From: Haliotis rubra
Taxonomy: Eukaryota
Assembly (NCBI RefSeq): GCF_003918875.1
Contig: NW_025766336.1
Coordinates: 3,472,001 to 3,536,000, forward strand
Length of the DNA stretch: 64,000 bases
Direction: 5' to 3'
Shown here: piece after piece, positions 50,178 through 62,417 of the stretch
Numbering within the stretch: position 1 is the first letter of the stretch
How the letters are laid out: each line of letters begins with the position of its first letter
The notes under the pieces: model-generated
What the model was told of the DNA's origin: nothing
The model's database searches: none
What the model saw: only the letters and a program-made list of their open reading frames with translations
Position numbers and translations under genes: made by a program

Positions 50178-52832
50178 ATGATTTTCAGATCCCGCCCTCG
50201 GCATCACCTGTAAGTACACTTACATCTTACATATAACATGGGCTTCCTTGTCTTACATATAGCATGGGCTTCCTTGTCTTACATATAACATGGGCTTCCT
50301 TGTCTTACATATAACATGGGCTTCCTTGTCTGCAACAAAAATTCTATCAATCATTTGTTGAGAGATTTATCAAGGAATGTGACGAACAACATGTGTAAAA
50401 TTAGTCCTGGTAACATAGGAGTGAATGTATTAGACCCCGAACTAGACTAACGTCTCTGAAAATATATAATTTTGACAGTAACAAACAAACCCATATAAAT
50501 TGAAAAGGAGCCCCAGTGAGACCAGAGATTCTGAACCTGAGGAAATCTAGACTTGCTTCTTTTAGGACTTTAGCATTGGAAGGAGGGCTTGCAGCTGGGA
50601 AAATAATGTGGTTCAGAGACTGTGAGACAGACTACATAACCCCCAATGATAATTCTACCATGACATGTTGGAATCCTACAATCTGGTTCGCCAGGGGTTT
50701 CCAACCAGCGTTAGTCCATGGTTTTCCCAGTGACAGCTGCGGTGAGGTAGCTTAGTGGTTACAGCGTTCGCTCGTCACGCCAAAGACCCGGGTTCGATTC
50801 CTCACCGAACCGCAATATTTTCCCTCCCGCCCATCCCATTGTGCAATGCTAAAGCTCTAAACGAAGCAAGTCTAGATTTTCATCAGGTCTTCCATCTCAC
50901 TGGGGCTCCTTTTCAATTTAAGTGTAAATATTTGTTCCCGTAAGGCTTACATATATTCTGAGAATCAGTGTTTGTCTTGGGGCTATGGGGAGGTATTTAC
51001 ACGATCAGTCAGTCAGAGAGTAATGTGTGAAACATATTCCAGCTTTATGTGGAACATACACAGACTTCCCACGTTTACCACTTGGTTGACACACAGGCGT
51101 GGAGGTCCTTCAACGCAATGAATGACCTGACGTTGAAGATTGTTACAATCGAGAAACGTTGAAGATTTAAGACCATTCTAGGTTTAAGGTCTCAACATAC
51201 GTTGATGTAGAGAGCACGGTTGCTTGTTCTAATCTTGACTGATATCGGTTCTATGGCCTACTTACGGATACAACACACAGCTGTTTATACGATCTTTACT
51301 TTAACGCTAGGCAGATAACAAGAATTGTCATCTGTTAATGTCTGTATGTGACATCGACCTTGGGCTGTCTATGCAATCCCGCCATCTCGGCGGCAGTCCA
51401 CATTGGTAATGAATGTTTCTTCCTGTTTATGAGCTACGGGACAGTAGGATAGCTCGATGGTTAAAGTGTTTGCTTCTGTGAAGCCCGATTCTAGTGTCTA
51501 CCGCTGTGATATTGCTGCAATATTTCTAAAAGCGGCGTTAAAGCAACTCACTAATGTATACTCATGTATAATATGCTCACTAAAACATTAACCCGTATGT
51601 TTTGTTTTCTTACTCACAGGCTGCGTATGTTTGTAGTCTGCGTGGTACTGCTGATGTCGGTTCCTATATATCATCTCATCAATGCGTTTTGGCTGAAGAA
51701 ACATAGTCTCATCTCTGTCCCATATACGGATGGGATCAGAAGAGAGATATCCCGAATTGAGACTTACCTGAAGTCGTACCAAGTATCGTCTCTGAACGTC
51801 AATGAAGTTCAAACTGATTTGATAAAACCTGAAACGCTTGAATATACAAACTTGTCCATAAGGTCTCAGATCAAAAAGAAGGAACGTACACACAAACTTA
51901 TAGTTTGGCATATGCTCCCACATCGTTATAAGCATTACAACGCACATCCTGTAAAATGCATGTATTACACGTGCATATACTCTTCCAACACGTCTTATAT
52001 ACAGGAAGCAGATGCCGTCATTGTTGACGTGTTTTTGCTATCACGAAGTCAAAGCAAGGAAATACCGGTGAGATCTAGTCCAGACCAGGTGTGGATATTC
52101 TTTGCGCAAGAGCCATGGACTAACTACAATTATCGTTTTCCTAGAAAGAATTGGAATAGTATCTTTAACTGGACACTCACGTATCAGAGGCATTCCGACT
52201 TCTGGGCTCCTTACGGTCTTCTGAGACACCAACCAGATCAGAAACAACCTGACTGGAACAAGGTCATGGCACTGAAAACAAAGAAGGTTTTGTGGTTCGT
52301 AGGTAATTGTAAATCGGGAAGTAAACGAGAAGAATACGTGAACGAGTTAAAGAAGTATATCCCAATCGATATTTTCGGGCGTTGTGGGAGGCCCCAGCTT
52401 TACTGTACTGCCGGTAGTGAGTGGGACGAGGATAAGTGTTTCAAACAGTATAAATTTTATCTAGCGTTTGAAAGTAATTTTTGTAAAGATTATGTCACGG
52501 AAAAGTTTTTCAAGACATTTCAAAGGGGCCGCCGTATCATTCCTGTAGTTCGAGGCAATGGAGATTATGCCAAACATTACCCAAAAGACACGTTCCTGAA
52601 CACAGCTGACTTCCGGTCGCCTAAAGACCTGGCTGCGCATCTTTTATATCTGGACAGGAACTCCACTGCGTACATTGAACTTCTCAAAACACACGCGCAG
52701 TATAAATATCACAGTGCCGGGAGGAAGCTATGTGAAATGTGTATACGACTACACAGATCGGGGAAACATCGGCAGTCGTACCCGAATATCTCGGCGTGGA
52801 TGGACACTTGTGACAACGTTTCAAAAGGTTAG
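50178..52832 (+). CDS. GT10-family alpha-1,3-fucosyltransferase, type II Golgi membrane protein, 414 aa; exons 50178-50209 and 51620-52832
   Basis: A GCAGCC-ATG micro-exon with a GTAAGT donor joins in phase 2 to the pyrimidine-rich acceptor at 51619. This gives a basic tail plus TM segment (MIFRSRPRHHLLRMFVVCVVLLMSVPIY). GT10 motifs: QVWIFFAQEP, FNWTLTYQRHSD..PYG, WFVGNC, REEYVNELKKYIPIDIFGRCG, YKFYLAFESNFCKDYVTEKF. Confidence 0.93.
50225..50330. repeat. 26-bp tandem repeat x4 (TCTTACATATAACATGGGCTTCCTTG) just after the fucosyltransferase exon 1 donor
   Basis: Direct inspection. Confidence 0.9.
50431..50986. mobile_element. Foldback-type element with ~130-bp imperfect TIRs in the fucosyltransferase intron
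   Basis: A GAAGCAAGTCTAGATTT..GGCTCCTTTTCAATTTA block is inverted at both ends; the same block occurs at ~10120-10240, ~20420-20482 and ~49175-49310. Confidence 0.65.
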
Positions 52833-53075
52833 GACTTCATGCATCACCAAGCAACGTTGGTCAGTGAGACGAGTCGACACCTTCGATACAGAACAGTCCA
52901 AGCGCAGAGGTATTTGTAATTTTGTTCAATTATGCCCCCAGAATCTAATAACCCATTTGCATATTAGAATATAATGGTAAACATCTTCACGATAATCATA
53001 TTGATATACTTTCTTTCACTCTGTAGAAAAACACATTTTATAGATTGGCGTCTTTTTTATTGCAATGGTAACATA

Positions 53076-53339
53076 AACTACCCTGCAAAAGAAAGTTATT
53101 ACCGAGTTCACTTGACCAAAAAGTCGAAACAAAGACGTATGTGAGATTTATGATAATTATTTTCTAAACAGAAATCATTTTCCAATAATTTGACTGAAAA
53201 TTTTCGAACCGCTGCGTTGTTATCGATACCATGCTGCGTTTTGACGAATGATTTCTGCTTGGGCGCAAACCTGCACCACCGGGTTTTGGTTTTTTATAAA
53301 GTTACTTTAAAAGCGAGAACTTTCTTTTGCCCGGTAGTT
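53076..53339. mobile_element. Tc1/mariner MITE
   Basis: TIR AACTACC(CT/GG)GCAAAAGAAAGTT with TA flanks. Confidence 0.8.
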
Positions 53340-54246
53340 TAGTAATGTATAGCTACATATATAGATATATCCTGGCCAGTCGTTTGCTGAGTTATAGACT
53401 AGTTATGTGATTTGAGCTTTCTGGACGTCAGACGTGTTCGCATGAAGATTTTACTTTACATAGAAATTCATATATAAACATGGAGATATTTGTGATATAT
53501 TGGCGTTCCCATACAAGTATAAAAATTTGTTAACTGTATAATGTATTTTAGGCCAGAATATATGCCAATAAATTATTGTGAAATTCCTACAAGGCAAAAA
53601 CTTAACACTTAAATGCCATTTGTCCATCAAATAACTGCACAATACCTGTCTATGTTCATTGTTAAAGCAATATTTCTTATACATTTTTTTAAAATACATA
53701 AATGTGAGCCTTTAATTTCCAGTGTGCATTTTCCGTTTGTACCATAGGTCTATGGCTTATGGTAGACTTGAATAAAGAACCACTAATGAACAAAATGATT
53801 TTGATGTCTGTTTTTTACGTCAGTATGATGAATATGTCTCAGAAAAGGAGGGTATGGGGTCTGTATCCCTGCGTACACCCCTGCTGACCTTGTATGCTGA
53901 AAATATACTCTGCCAAAAAAGAAACGCAAAAGTGTTTTCCAGACGTTTACCTTTTGTACTATATAAATAATCAACTGATCATAATAAATTGTTAACTTTT
54001 GGCAGTGGTCATTGTTACTGACCGAGGTTCATCATGGCACGCACAATTGAATGTCAAGGTCATCTGTTCTCAATATCTTGTATGGCCCCCACGAGAGTCC
54101 ATGGGACTGCCTATCATCATTGCCTCTGGGAACCAATCAGATTTCGAATTGTGGTCTTGAGAATGTTCACACATTCTTCCTGCAGTACCTGTGCCAACTA
54201 TTGGGGGTTCTGTGGCTGTCGTAATCGCAGAGGTTGATGTAGAGAG

Positions 54247-54577
54247 AGTGAGTGAGTTAAAATTTAAAGTCACATCGGCAGTTTATCAGGCATATCGTGA
54301 CTAAGAAAGTTGTAAGTTTATAAATGAATAAAATTAAATTTAGAGAATATACTTACCTGTCTGCAAAGGACAGTAAAATAACTAGAATATCACAGTTATA
54401 AATGTCAAACTAGTATGAAGATCTAAAACATCTTAACTATGAAAGACAATACAATATAAAAATACAGGCTATAGATTGCCAACAACTGAAGGTAGATCAC
54501 CATACCAGGGACCATGGGGTCTTACAGTACATATGCTTCCTGCATGGACCCTAGCTAGATTTACACCATCCCTTCAG
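54247..54577 (-). mobile_element. 5'-truncated LINE 3' end with (TCAC)n tail, inserted in the Tc1
   Basis: 15-bp TSD GGTTGATGTAGAGAG at 54232-54246 and 54578-54592. Confidence 0.75.
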
Positions 54578-55789
54578 GGTTGATGTAGAGAGCATCCAAT
54601 ACATGTAAGATGGGGTTTAGATCTGGAGACCTTGAAGGCCATGGCAGAATTTAGCTGTTATGGTTCATCAAAAAGGCCGTTGTGAGTCTTGTCGTGTAAG
54701 GCGTTGTCGTGTTGGTAATTGACGTTCGCTTGTTGGTAATGGGAAGGACGTGTGGCTGAAGAGTTTCAGCTTAAGGTTGCCGTACAATTGCCCTGCACGT
54801 GTCTCAAGTCAGTTCTATGGCCCTCATTACTATACTCCCACCACTATGTCCTCATATCGTATGACATTCCCTCATAACGTTCCCGACGACGTCAGTATGC
54901 CACGAATTGATAAATTTGAGGATTCGTGGAATTGTGCAAATGATCTGGATCAATTCAGGACGCTCTACGATTCAGTTACGATACAGGTAAGATAGAGGTA
55001 CGAATATTCGTGGGATTCGGCTGGAATCACACGAATGTTGTCAAGGATTCACTCCGATTTACAAGAATCCATTATGAATACTGCCCGAAGGTTAGGAATC
55101 AGTTACGATTCAGTTCAGAATACGCTGAATGCACGACTATTCTTGACAATTAGTGGGAGATAGGTATAAAAAGGTCGTCACCCCTGTTTGGGTAACAGTT
55201 TCAAACTGGATGTTCAGCGTAGAGCAGCTGTGGTATTGGCCCTGGAACTGGAGTAACACCAGATGCTGATTGCTAGAAAAAGACTGCTTCGAAGGAGGGG
55301 GAGAAGAGCCCAGGTGATGGGTTAGATCGTGGCTGACACCAGGTAGAAGGTTAGAATATGGTCACTACAACAGACTGATGCAGGAGCTGAGGATGGAAGA
55401 TGAGAATGCCTTTGCCAACTATGTGAGAATGCCACCCCACATGTTTAATGAGCTACTCAACAGGATTAGCCCAGTCATCCAGAGGAGGGACACCCACATG
55501 AGACCAGCCCTAGATGCTGGAATGAAGCTAGCCATGACCCTCAGATGCCTGGCTACAGGAGACCGATATCACACCATCCACTATGACTTCCGATGTGGCT
55601 ACATTACAGTGGTATGGATTGTGCAGGAAGTCTGTCAGGCCATCATACAGGAGCTGAAGGATGAAGTCATGCCACTGCCAAGGACCCAGGAGTACTTTCT
55701 TTTCTTTTTTTTAAAGTTTTATAGGTGTTCGGGCAACTGGGCCCATTTTCACCTTGCCCATCAGATAGGTTTGCTAAGTTTCTACATTT

Positions 55790-58700
55790 TTATAAAGTAG
55801 TTAAGCTGCCACACGCTTTAATGTAAGCAAGAATCACATTCTGAACATCATTGCGAGTGATAGTACTTGAACACAACAGTCCAGTCAATGAGATGTCAAT
55901 ATTAAGCGCTGTCAAAGATTCCACCATCGCCTTACGTTGAGTTACATATATTTGGCAATGCAGTAAGAAATGAGCAACATCATCTAGCTGATTACACACT
56001 GTGCAATTTGCAGGAATATCATTATTAATAATGTTTAGATATGCACCAAGACCACAACGCCCAAGACGAAGTCTGGTTAAAAGAACCTCTTCTCTACGAT
56101 TGTTTCTGGATAATTTTGCGCTTTAGTTACAAAAGGCTCGATGCCATAAAGATGGCGTCCTTTTAAGGATGAGGTCCATCATTTCTCTTGAGCATGGGTC
56201 TTACTGACGGTGCATAATTCTGCAGGAGAGGGCAATATTGTCTCATCCTGTTCTGAGACGTCAAAATCTAATGCAGCTTTTGCCAACTGATCAGCTTTGT
56301 CATTTCCAAATATTTCAACATGAGCAGGTATCCATGAAAATTCAACATCTAAAAGATCTTTACTTAATTCATTAAAAAGGTCAAGTATAATATTGATCAA
56401 GTCTTGTCTTGCTGAGGAGGCACCTGTTCGAATTGCCCTTAAAGAACTGACAGAATCACTGAAAATGACCGCTGATACAGGTCTCAAAAAATGAATCCAA
56501 CACAAAGCTTCAATGATTGCTACAAGTTCAGCAGAGAATGCAGATAAGTGATCAGCTAATCGTATAGAACTTTCTCTGTTATCAGTGGCTATGAAGATAC
56601 CTTTACCAACACGACCGGACACTGGGCACTTAGATCCATCAGTGTAAATCTGCATTGCATTGATCCATTGTAAACTTCGGATATGTTCCTCCGCAAGACC
56701 TTTAACACGAGGCGCCGGCTCAGATTTATTTACTTGTTCCAGGACATCAAAATAAGCTGATGGAAGGTCAAGCAACCATGGTGGCTTCTTTGGAAGAACA
56801 CTAACATCAGCTATGGCAACATCACGTACATTATGATGGAAAGCAGTTCTCTGAGAACGCATCCCATAAGGCCCCATACGTCTTTCCAAGGATCTAGGAA
56901 ATACTCAACACAATCTCCCAATACAGCTGGAGTAGGGTGTTTCATTCCAAAAGATTTCAGTTTTAGCATGTACCGAACTTCTAACAGTTCACGTCTGAGA
57001 TCTAAAGGCATTTCACCCGATTCAACATGTAGAGCCTCAACAGGGGTAGTTCTGAATGCTCCAAGGCATATTCGTAGGGCTTTTGACTGAACAACATCTA
57101 GTCTTGCCCTTTGTGTAGCACATGCAGATCCATAGGCTAGACAGCCGAAATCAAGTCGTGATCTAATGAGGGCACGATACAACAGTAACAAACACGTCCT
57201 GTCTGCACCCCATTTGGTACTGGAAATACTTCTCAGAAGGTTCAAGACTTTAGTGCATTTCTGAATCAAATAGTCTATATGAGGTTTCCAGGTAAGCCTC
57301 TTATCAAACCAGAGTCCCAAAAACTTGACTTTATCCACAAACTCCAAATGGGAACCGCACAAAACCAATTTTGAAGTATGAGGAATCTTCTTCCGAGTAA
57401 AAATGATTGCAGACGATTTAGAAGCTGAAGTCTTAAAACCCCAATGGACACACCAAGTCTGTACAAGATGGAGAGATTGTTGAATGCCATTAAAGACAGT
57501 GTCAAAATTACTGGGCCGTCTCCACAACGCCCCATCATCTGCAAACAGTGATGTTTCGACCAGTACATTGATATTCCCAAACAGGTCATTAATCATAACA
57601 TTAAATAAGGTTGGGCTGATTACACTACCTTGAGGTGTTCCATTCTCTAATATGTATATATCCGACAGAGAAGTTCCAATGCGAACTTGTATGGTTCTAT
57701 CCCTCAAGAAATCGTTTATCCAGTCAAGCATGCGGCAACAAACTCCAAGCTTATACAGTTTTATTACCAAACCGTCCCTCCATAACATGTCATAGGCTTT
57801 CTCAATGTCCATGAAAACAGCCAGTAGATATTCAGTGCTTCCTAGTGCCTTTTTAATTTCGGTTTCAATTTCAATTTTAATTTCGGTTAAAAGATCGTTT
57901 TTTTCGAAAGCCTGACCTGAAAAGAGATTGTTCTTATCCATGAAGTAAACCAGGCCGTTATTTACCATTCTCTCCATTATTTTGCACACGTTGGAGGTAA
58001 GAGCAGTAGGCCTGTAGGATGTGGCTTGAGTAGGATCTTTACCAGGCTTTGGAATAGGAACTACAATTGCCTTTTCCCAAGAAATGGGAAGCTTGCCTTC
58101 CAACCAAATGTGATTAAAAAGTAAAAGCACAGTTTCAAGGCTGATAATTGGCAGATGTGTGAACATATCAAAAAATAAATAAATCGTCACCTGGAGAGGT
58201 ATTGTTTCGTCCAGAAATGGCGTTCCTTAATTCCTGTAAACTAAATAAAGAGTTGTAGTCAGCGATATGATGTGTGGGACAATGTAAGATATCTGAATAC
58301 TCTGATTCAAGTGACTCCTTAATTAGCCGGAAGTCTGAACTAAAGTTATCCGTACTAGATACGTTTTGAAAGGACTCTGCCACTGCATTACTCTTGTCAA
58401 TATTTGTTGTTGCTGGTGTGTCTTTCCCAACAGATGGAATAGCCCGTTTGGAACATGAACTACCAGAAAGAATTTTCACTTTTCTCCATACCTGAGAAAG
58501 AGGTGTATTTTTATTTATGGAACTTGTGTACTTAGACCAAGAGAAACGTTTGGCTTCAGTAACAGTTCGTTTGAGGAAAGCGGAAGCGCGCCGAAACTCT
58601 ATCAAGTCAGATGGTAAAGCTGATTTTTCAACCATTTTCTTTGCCCTCTTCCTATCATCATGTGCTGATTGACATGCATCCGTCAACCAACAGACTGGCG

Positions 58701-59521
58701 GTTTAAGAGGACGTTTACCTGAACTCCTGCCCATGGTCGTATTAGCTGCATAAATAATGTTAGACACAAAGCAGTTTCGAATTTATAGCTGGCGTGATAG
58801 TGTCAGAGCACAAAGCAGTAAATGCAGACCAGTCAGCTTAGAGAAAGTCCACCGCTGAGCTGTTTCTCTTAGTTCAGTTATCGGGTCAAGTTGAAGCCTC
58901 ATAAACACAGGATAATGATCACTGCCAAAAGAATTCTGAAAATACACTTCCAAATCACAGTGTGGAGCTAATCGTGGACTGACAATGGTCAAATCCAGGG
59001 CAGAAAATGAAGCAGAGGCCAAGTCATACCGTGTCATGGAACCATCATTCAGAAGGAAAGAGTCTCAATGGCCTTACCTCCAACATCCAACTTAACAGCT
59101 CCCCAGAATGGATTATGACTATTAAAATCACCACATAATAATCATACACATTCAAAAGAGAAATGTAATCATCGCTGGAAGCATGAGCTGTATTGTAGAC
59201 GTTAAAAATCGAGACCGATCTCGTATCCTTCAAATAGATAGTGACTGCATTCGCTTCTATTTCGGACTGTGGCAAGCTAAGTTCACTAAATGATAACGAA
59301 TCCTTTACGAGTATAGCACAACCACCTCTTGACCCGATCGGACGATCTTTACGTAGACAGACATACCCTTCCCAACGGAATCGCTGATTAGGATTCAAAA
59401 ACGTTTCCTGAAGACATATAACATCTGGCATGAGATCAAGACTGTTGACAAAAACTTTAAAACCTGGACCATTAGCATTAATAGATCTAGCATTCCACTG
59501 AAGGATTAAGAGAGCCATAAT
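55790..59521 (-). pseudogene. LINE ORF2: APE endonuclease, reverse transcriptase, RNase H and C-terminal Cys/His motif; frameshifted
   Basis: Endonuclease: ILQWNARSI, ICLQET, GSDHYP. RT: SYRPTALTS, DIEKAYD, GTPQGSVISP, LFADD, KFLG. RNase H: IYTDGSK, AELVAI, FSDS, WIPAHV, GNDKADQLAK. C-terminus: HFLLHC. Confidence 0.93.
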
Positions 59522-59526
59522 AAGGA

Positions 59527-60760
59527 TTATGACTTCCATTGTTGACCCTTAACCATGCTCGTCAGATCCTCAGATGACAACTTTAACCCCAGCAGAGAAT
59601 GTGCAGCTGATGCTATCGTCTGTAGACCATCCGAATTGAAGGCACGATTCGTTTCAAGGTTGGCAACTATGCAAATAACAAAACTGAGAAAATCAACTGG
59701 AGAGACATTGTTGAACTGAGGTGTACAAGAGGTTTCATGCATAAGATCAGTAAGAGAATCAGTCTGACATTAAACCTCTTGGGTGTCAGTCTGCGTACTT
59801 GCTGTCACCATGACAGGTCGAGATACCACATCAGGAAATGGAACAACCGGAGACCTTTCGAACAGCCTGAGAATAGGAAAGTTTACCCTCAACTCTAAAT
59901 TTCTGGATTTGGACTGCTTCCTGATATTTAATACATCCTCTGTAGGCAGCAGAATGAGCTTCACCACAATTTTTACATTTAAGAGAACTTCCATTGCACT
60001 CCTCATACTTGTGCTTCCCTCAACATTTAGCACAAACATGATGAGTGCTCCTACACTTAGCAGAGACATGTCCAAAGGACTGACATTTAAAGCAGCGCAG
60101 AGCAGGGGGGACGTATATCCGGACTGGTAATCTCTGGAAGAAAATAACAACATGATCTGGTAAAGACTGACCAGTAAATGTAAGCAAAACAGATTTATTA
60201 GGAATTTTATCAGGGCCACGAGTCAGTCGCACAGCAGAGCATAGTGGAGGCAAAACAGGTCTTACGCCTTCCTCAATTTCACTCATGCCAACATCCAGAT
60301 CGATACCAGAGATAACTCCACGAGATTTCATTAGTGATTCAGGCTCATAAGTGGTAACATAATGTTCACCAAGCTCTGTAACTTGCTTAAGTTTTTGAGT
60401 AGCCTCAACAGTTTTAGTTGTAACACTAACATCCCCCCTGGCCATCCGCTTAACACTGACTATGTCAGTAGTAACCTTAGCCAATGCTCTCGTCAAAGCC
60501 CGCTGTTGACAAAGGGTTGTTGAAGTGTCATTATCATCATCATCATCATCATCATCATCAACATCTGCCTTAATTATGACAGTGGTTGACTTCACCTGAA
60601 CTGGCTCATCATAAACAAATGTAAGATCAGACCATGCAGTAGGAGGTTGCTTAACAACACAAGCTTTCTTAGAAGTACCATCTGGAATGCGACCGATTCG
60701 CTTCCTCCCAGAGGACACCACTTTGAAGCCATCCTCACAGTCCATTCTGTTGTCAGCCAT
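59527..60760 (-). pseudogene. LINE ORF1, gag-like nucleic-acid-binding protein with CCHC knuckles, disrupted
   Basis: RGVISGI, SVLLTF, RCFKCQSFGHVSAKC, CAKC followed by a premature stop. A (GAT)n run encodes poly-Asp at ~60530-60560. Confidence 0.85.
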
Positions 60761-61186
60761 CGTCGAGGAAAATCCCCAACAACAGACTGCTTAACCCACG
60801 AAAACGAATAAACGTAGAAGTTTCAATACACTCCAACAGGAGAGAAAATCAGAAAACAACAACAACAACAAAAAAAAGGAACAACCATGAACAGCCAAGT
60901 ATGCTATGACACTGTTCAATTTGCTCACAAGCAAAAGACGTCCGTACTCAACGGCAGTCAAGACCGACCTCCACAGGAGGACTGGAAGGCCATCGGCCAG
61001 CAAGTTCCAAGACCGGTGGAATGTTCCTCATGCCCAGGGGGCCTTGGATGGCAAGCACATAGCCATCAGGAAACCACACAACTCAGGCAGTGTTCTTCAA
61101 GTACAAAAACTTCTTCTCCGTGGTGCTGTTGGCCTGGTGGATGCGGACTATAAGTTTATCTGGATAGGCACAGGTTAAAGAAGGTC

Positions 61187-61414
61187 TCTGAATATCTTCA
61201 AACATGTCCATCATTACATCAATCAAACTAAACGATTCCTCTGTTCATCCTAATCTGTTATATTATCAAACTCAAGATCTCTCATGTATATGTTCTCTGT
61301 TTCTCACGTAACTATATTTTGTTGTAAATATTGGGAGAGGGCGGCATTAAGTTGGGTAACTTGTGCCCAAGCATTTTCTTCAATGAACAAAATATGTTTA
61401 AATAAAAAAATCAG
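61187..61414 (+). mobile_element. Short 5'-truncated LINE tail inserted in the Harbinger transposase
   Basis: TSD AGAAGGTC at 61179-61186 and 61415-61422; ends in AATAAAAAAA. Confidence 0.65.
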
Positions 61415-62417
61415 AGAAGGTCATCAATCCGACGCACAGTTGTTTGATGCTTCAGAACTGAAAGAGTGCATTGATGACAACACCATAAACATCCCTGACA
61501 GCAATCCCCTACCCAATGATGACAGAGACACACCTGGGGGATGGTGCTTTTCCCCTGAGGACTTTCCTCATGAAACCCTATGGCAGGAGGGGTCTGGACA
61601 ATGACATGCTGTGGCCAACTACAGATTATCCAGGGGCAGACGGGTGGTGGAGAATGGTTTTGGAACAATGGCCAAAGATGGAGATGCTTCCTGGGGCACA
61701 CTGGAACAAGGACCTGATGTGGTGCGGTTACTGATGGGGACAGGAGTCATCCTCCACAACTTACTGAGGATCAGGTACGCTGCCATTGGAAATGCAGACG
61801 TGGACAGGGAGGATGAGGACCACAACAACATCCCTGGTGCCAGGAGGCCAGACCAACAGGTGAGGAGATACCCTAGATCCAGGCACCCAACAGAGACAAT
61901 CGTGAGGGCAAAGTGATAGGGGACTATCTTGAGGCCCTCTGGCAGAAGTGAATGTTAACTGAATGATAACTGTTGATATTTCATGTTAAAATGTTTTACT
62001 ATGTATGTTAATAGTGTCTATTTATGCTCGTTAGCGCTAATAAAATGCTCCGTTTATTAAAAGGGCTTGTATCGCTCAACTGACTATATCCCTCGATCAA
62101 TATGTTAGAATTTCTGCTGTATGCCATGAATGGGGTTTTTTTCAATCCCCACACTGCCCCAATCCATCTGTGAACATTTCTGCTCGGACAGCGGGTGGTA
62201 AAGCAAACGCAAAAAAAAAAAACAAACTTTGGACTTTTATAAATCTTTTTGAAGTTTAATTGGTATGACATAAAACTGAAAGACAGAAATACTTATCTAA
62301 GTACATTCTTGCTGATACGTGGATACATGGCACAATCATCAGCAGCTGATGACCTGACGTCAGTGTTAAACTCCTTACATACCCAATTTGCCGGCAATCG
62401 TAGCTGATTCTTAGATA

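Larger units (their letters stand above)
55697..60973 (-). mobile_element. Full-length (~5.3 kb) but mutated non-LTR retrotransposon with RNase H (I group, Nimb-like)
   Basis: TSD CAGGAG(T/G)ACT at 55687-55696 and 60974-60983; A-rich 3' tail at ~55697-55712; ORF1 followed by ORF2. Confidence 0.92.
55263..61916 (+). pseudogene. Harbinger (HARBI1-like DDE) transposase in three pieces: 55263-55696, 60974-61186, 61415-61916
   Basis: Motifs [88 protein letters not shown], with frameshifts. TATAAAA at ~55165. Confidence 0.9.

Noticed and set aside
51564-51619. ORF-track start of the fucosyltransferase
   Set aside because: It lies in a polypyrimidine tract and acceptor; an upstream phase-compatible ATG exon gives a better type II N-terminus.
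61175-61414. GT-AG intron in the Harbinger transposase
   Set aside because: Splicing would shift the frame; an 8-bp TSD and an A-rich end indicate retro-insertion.
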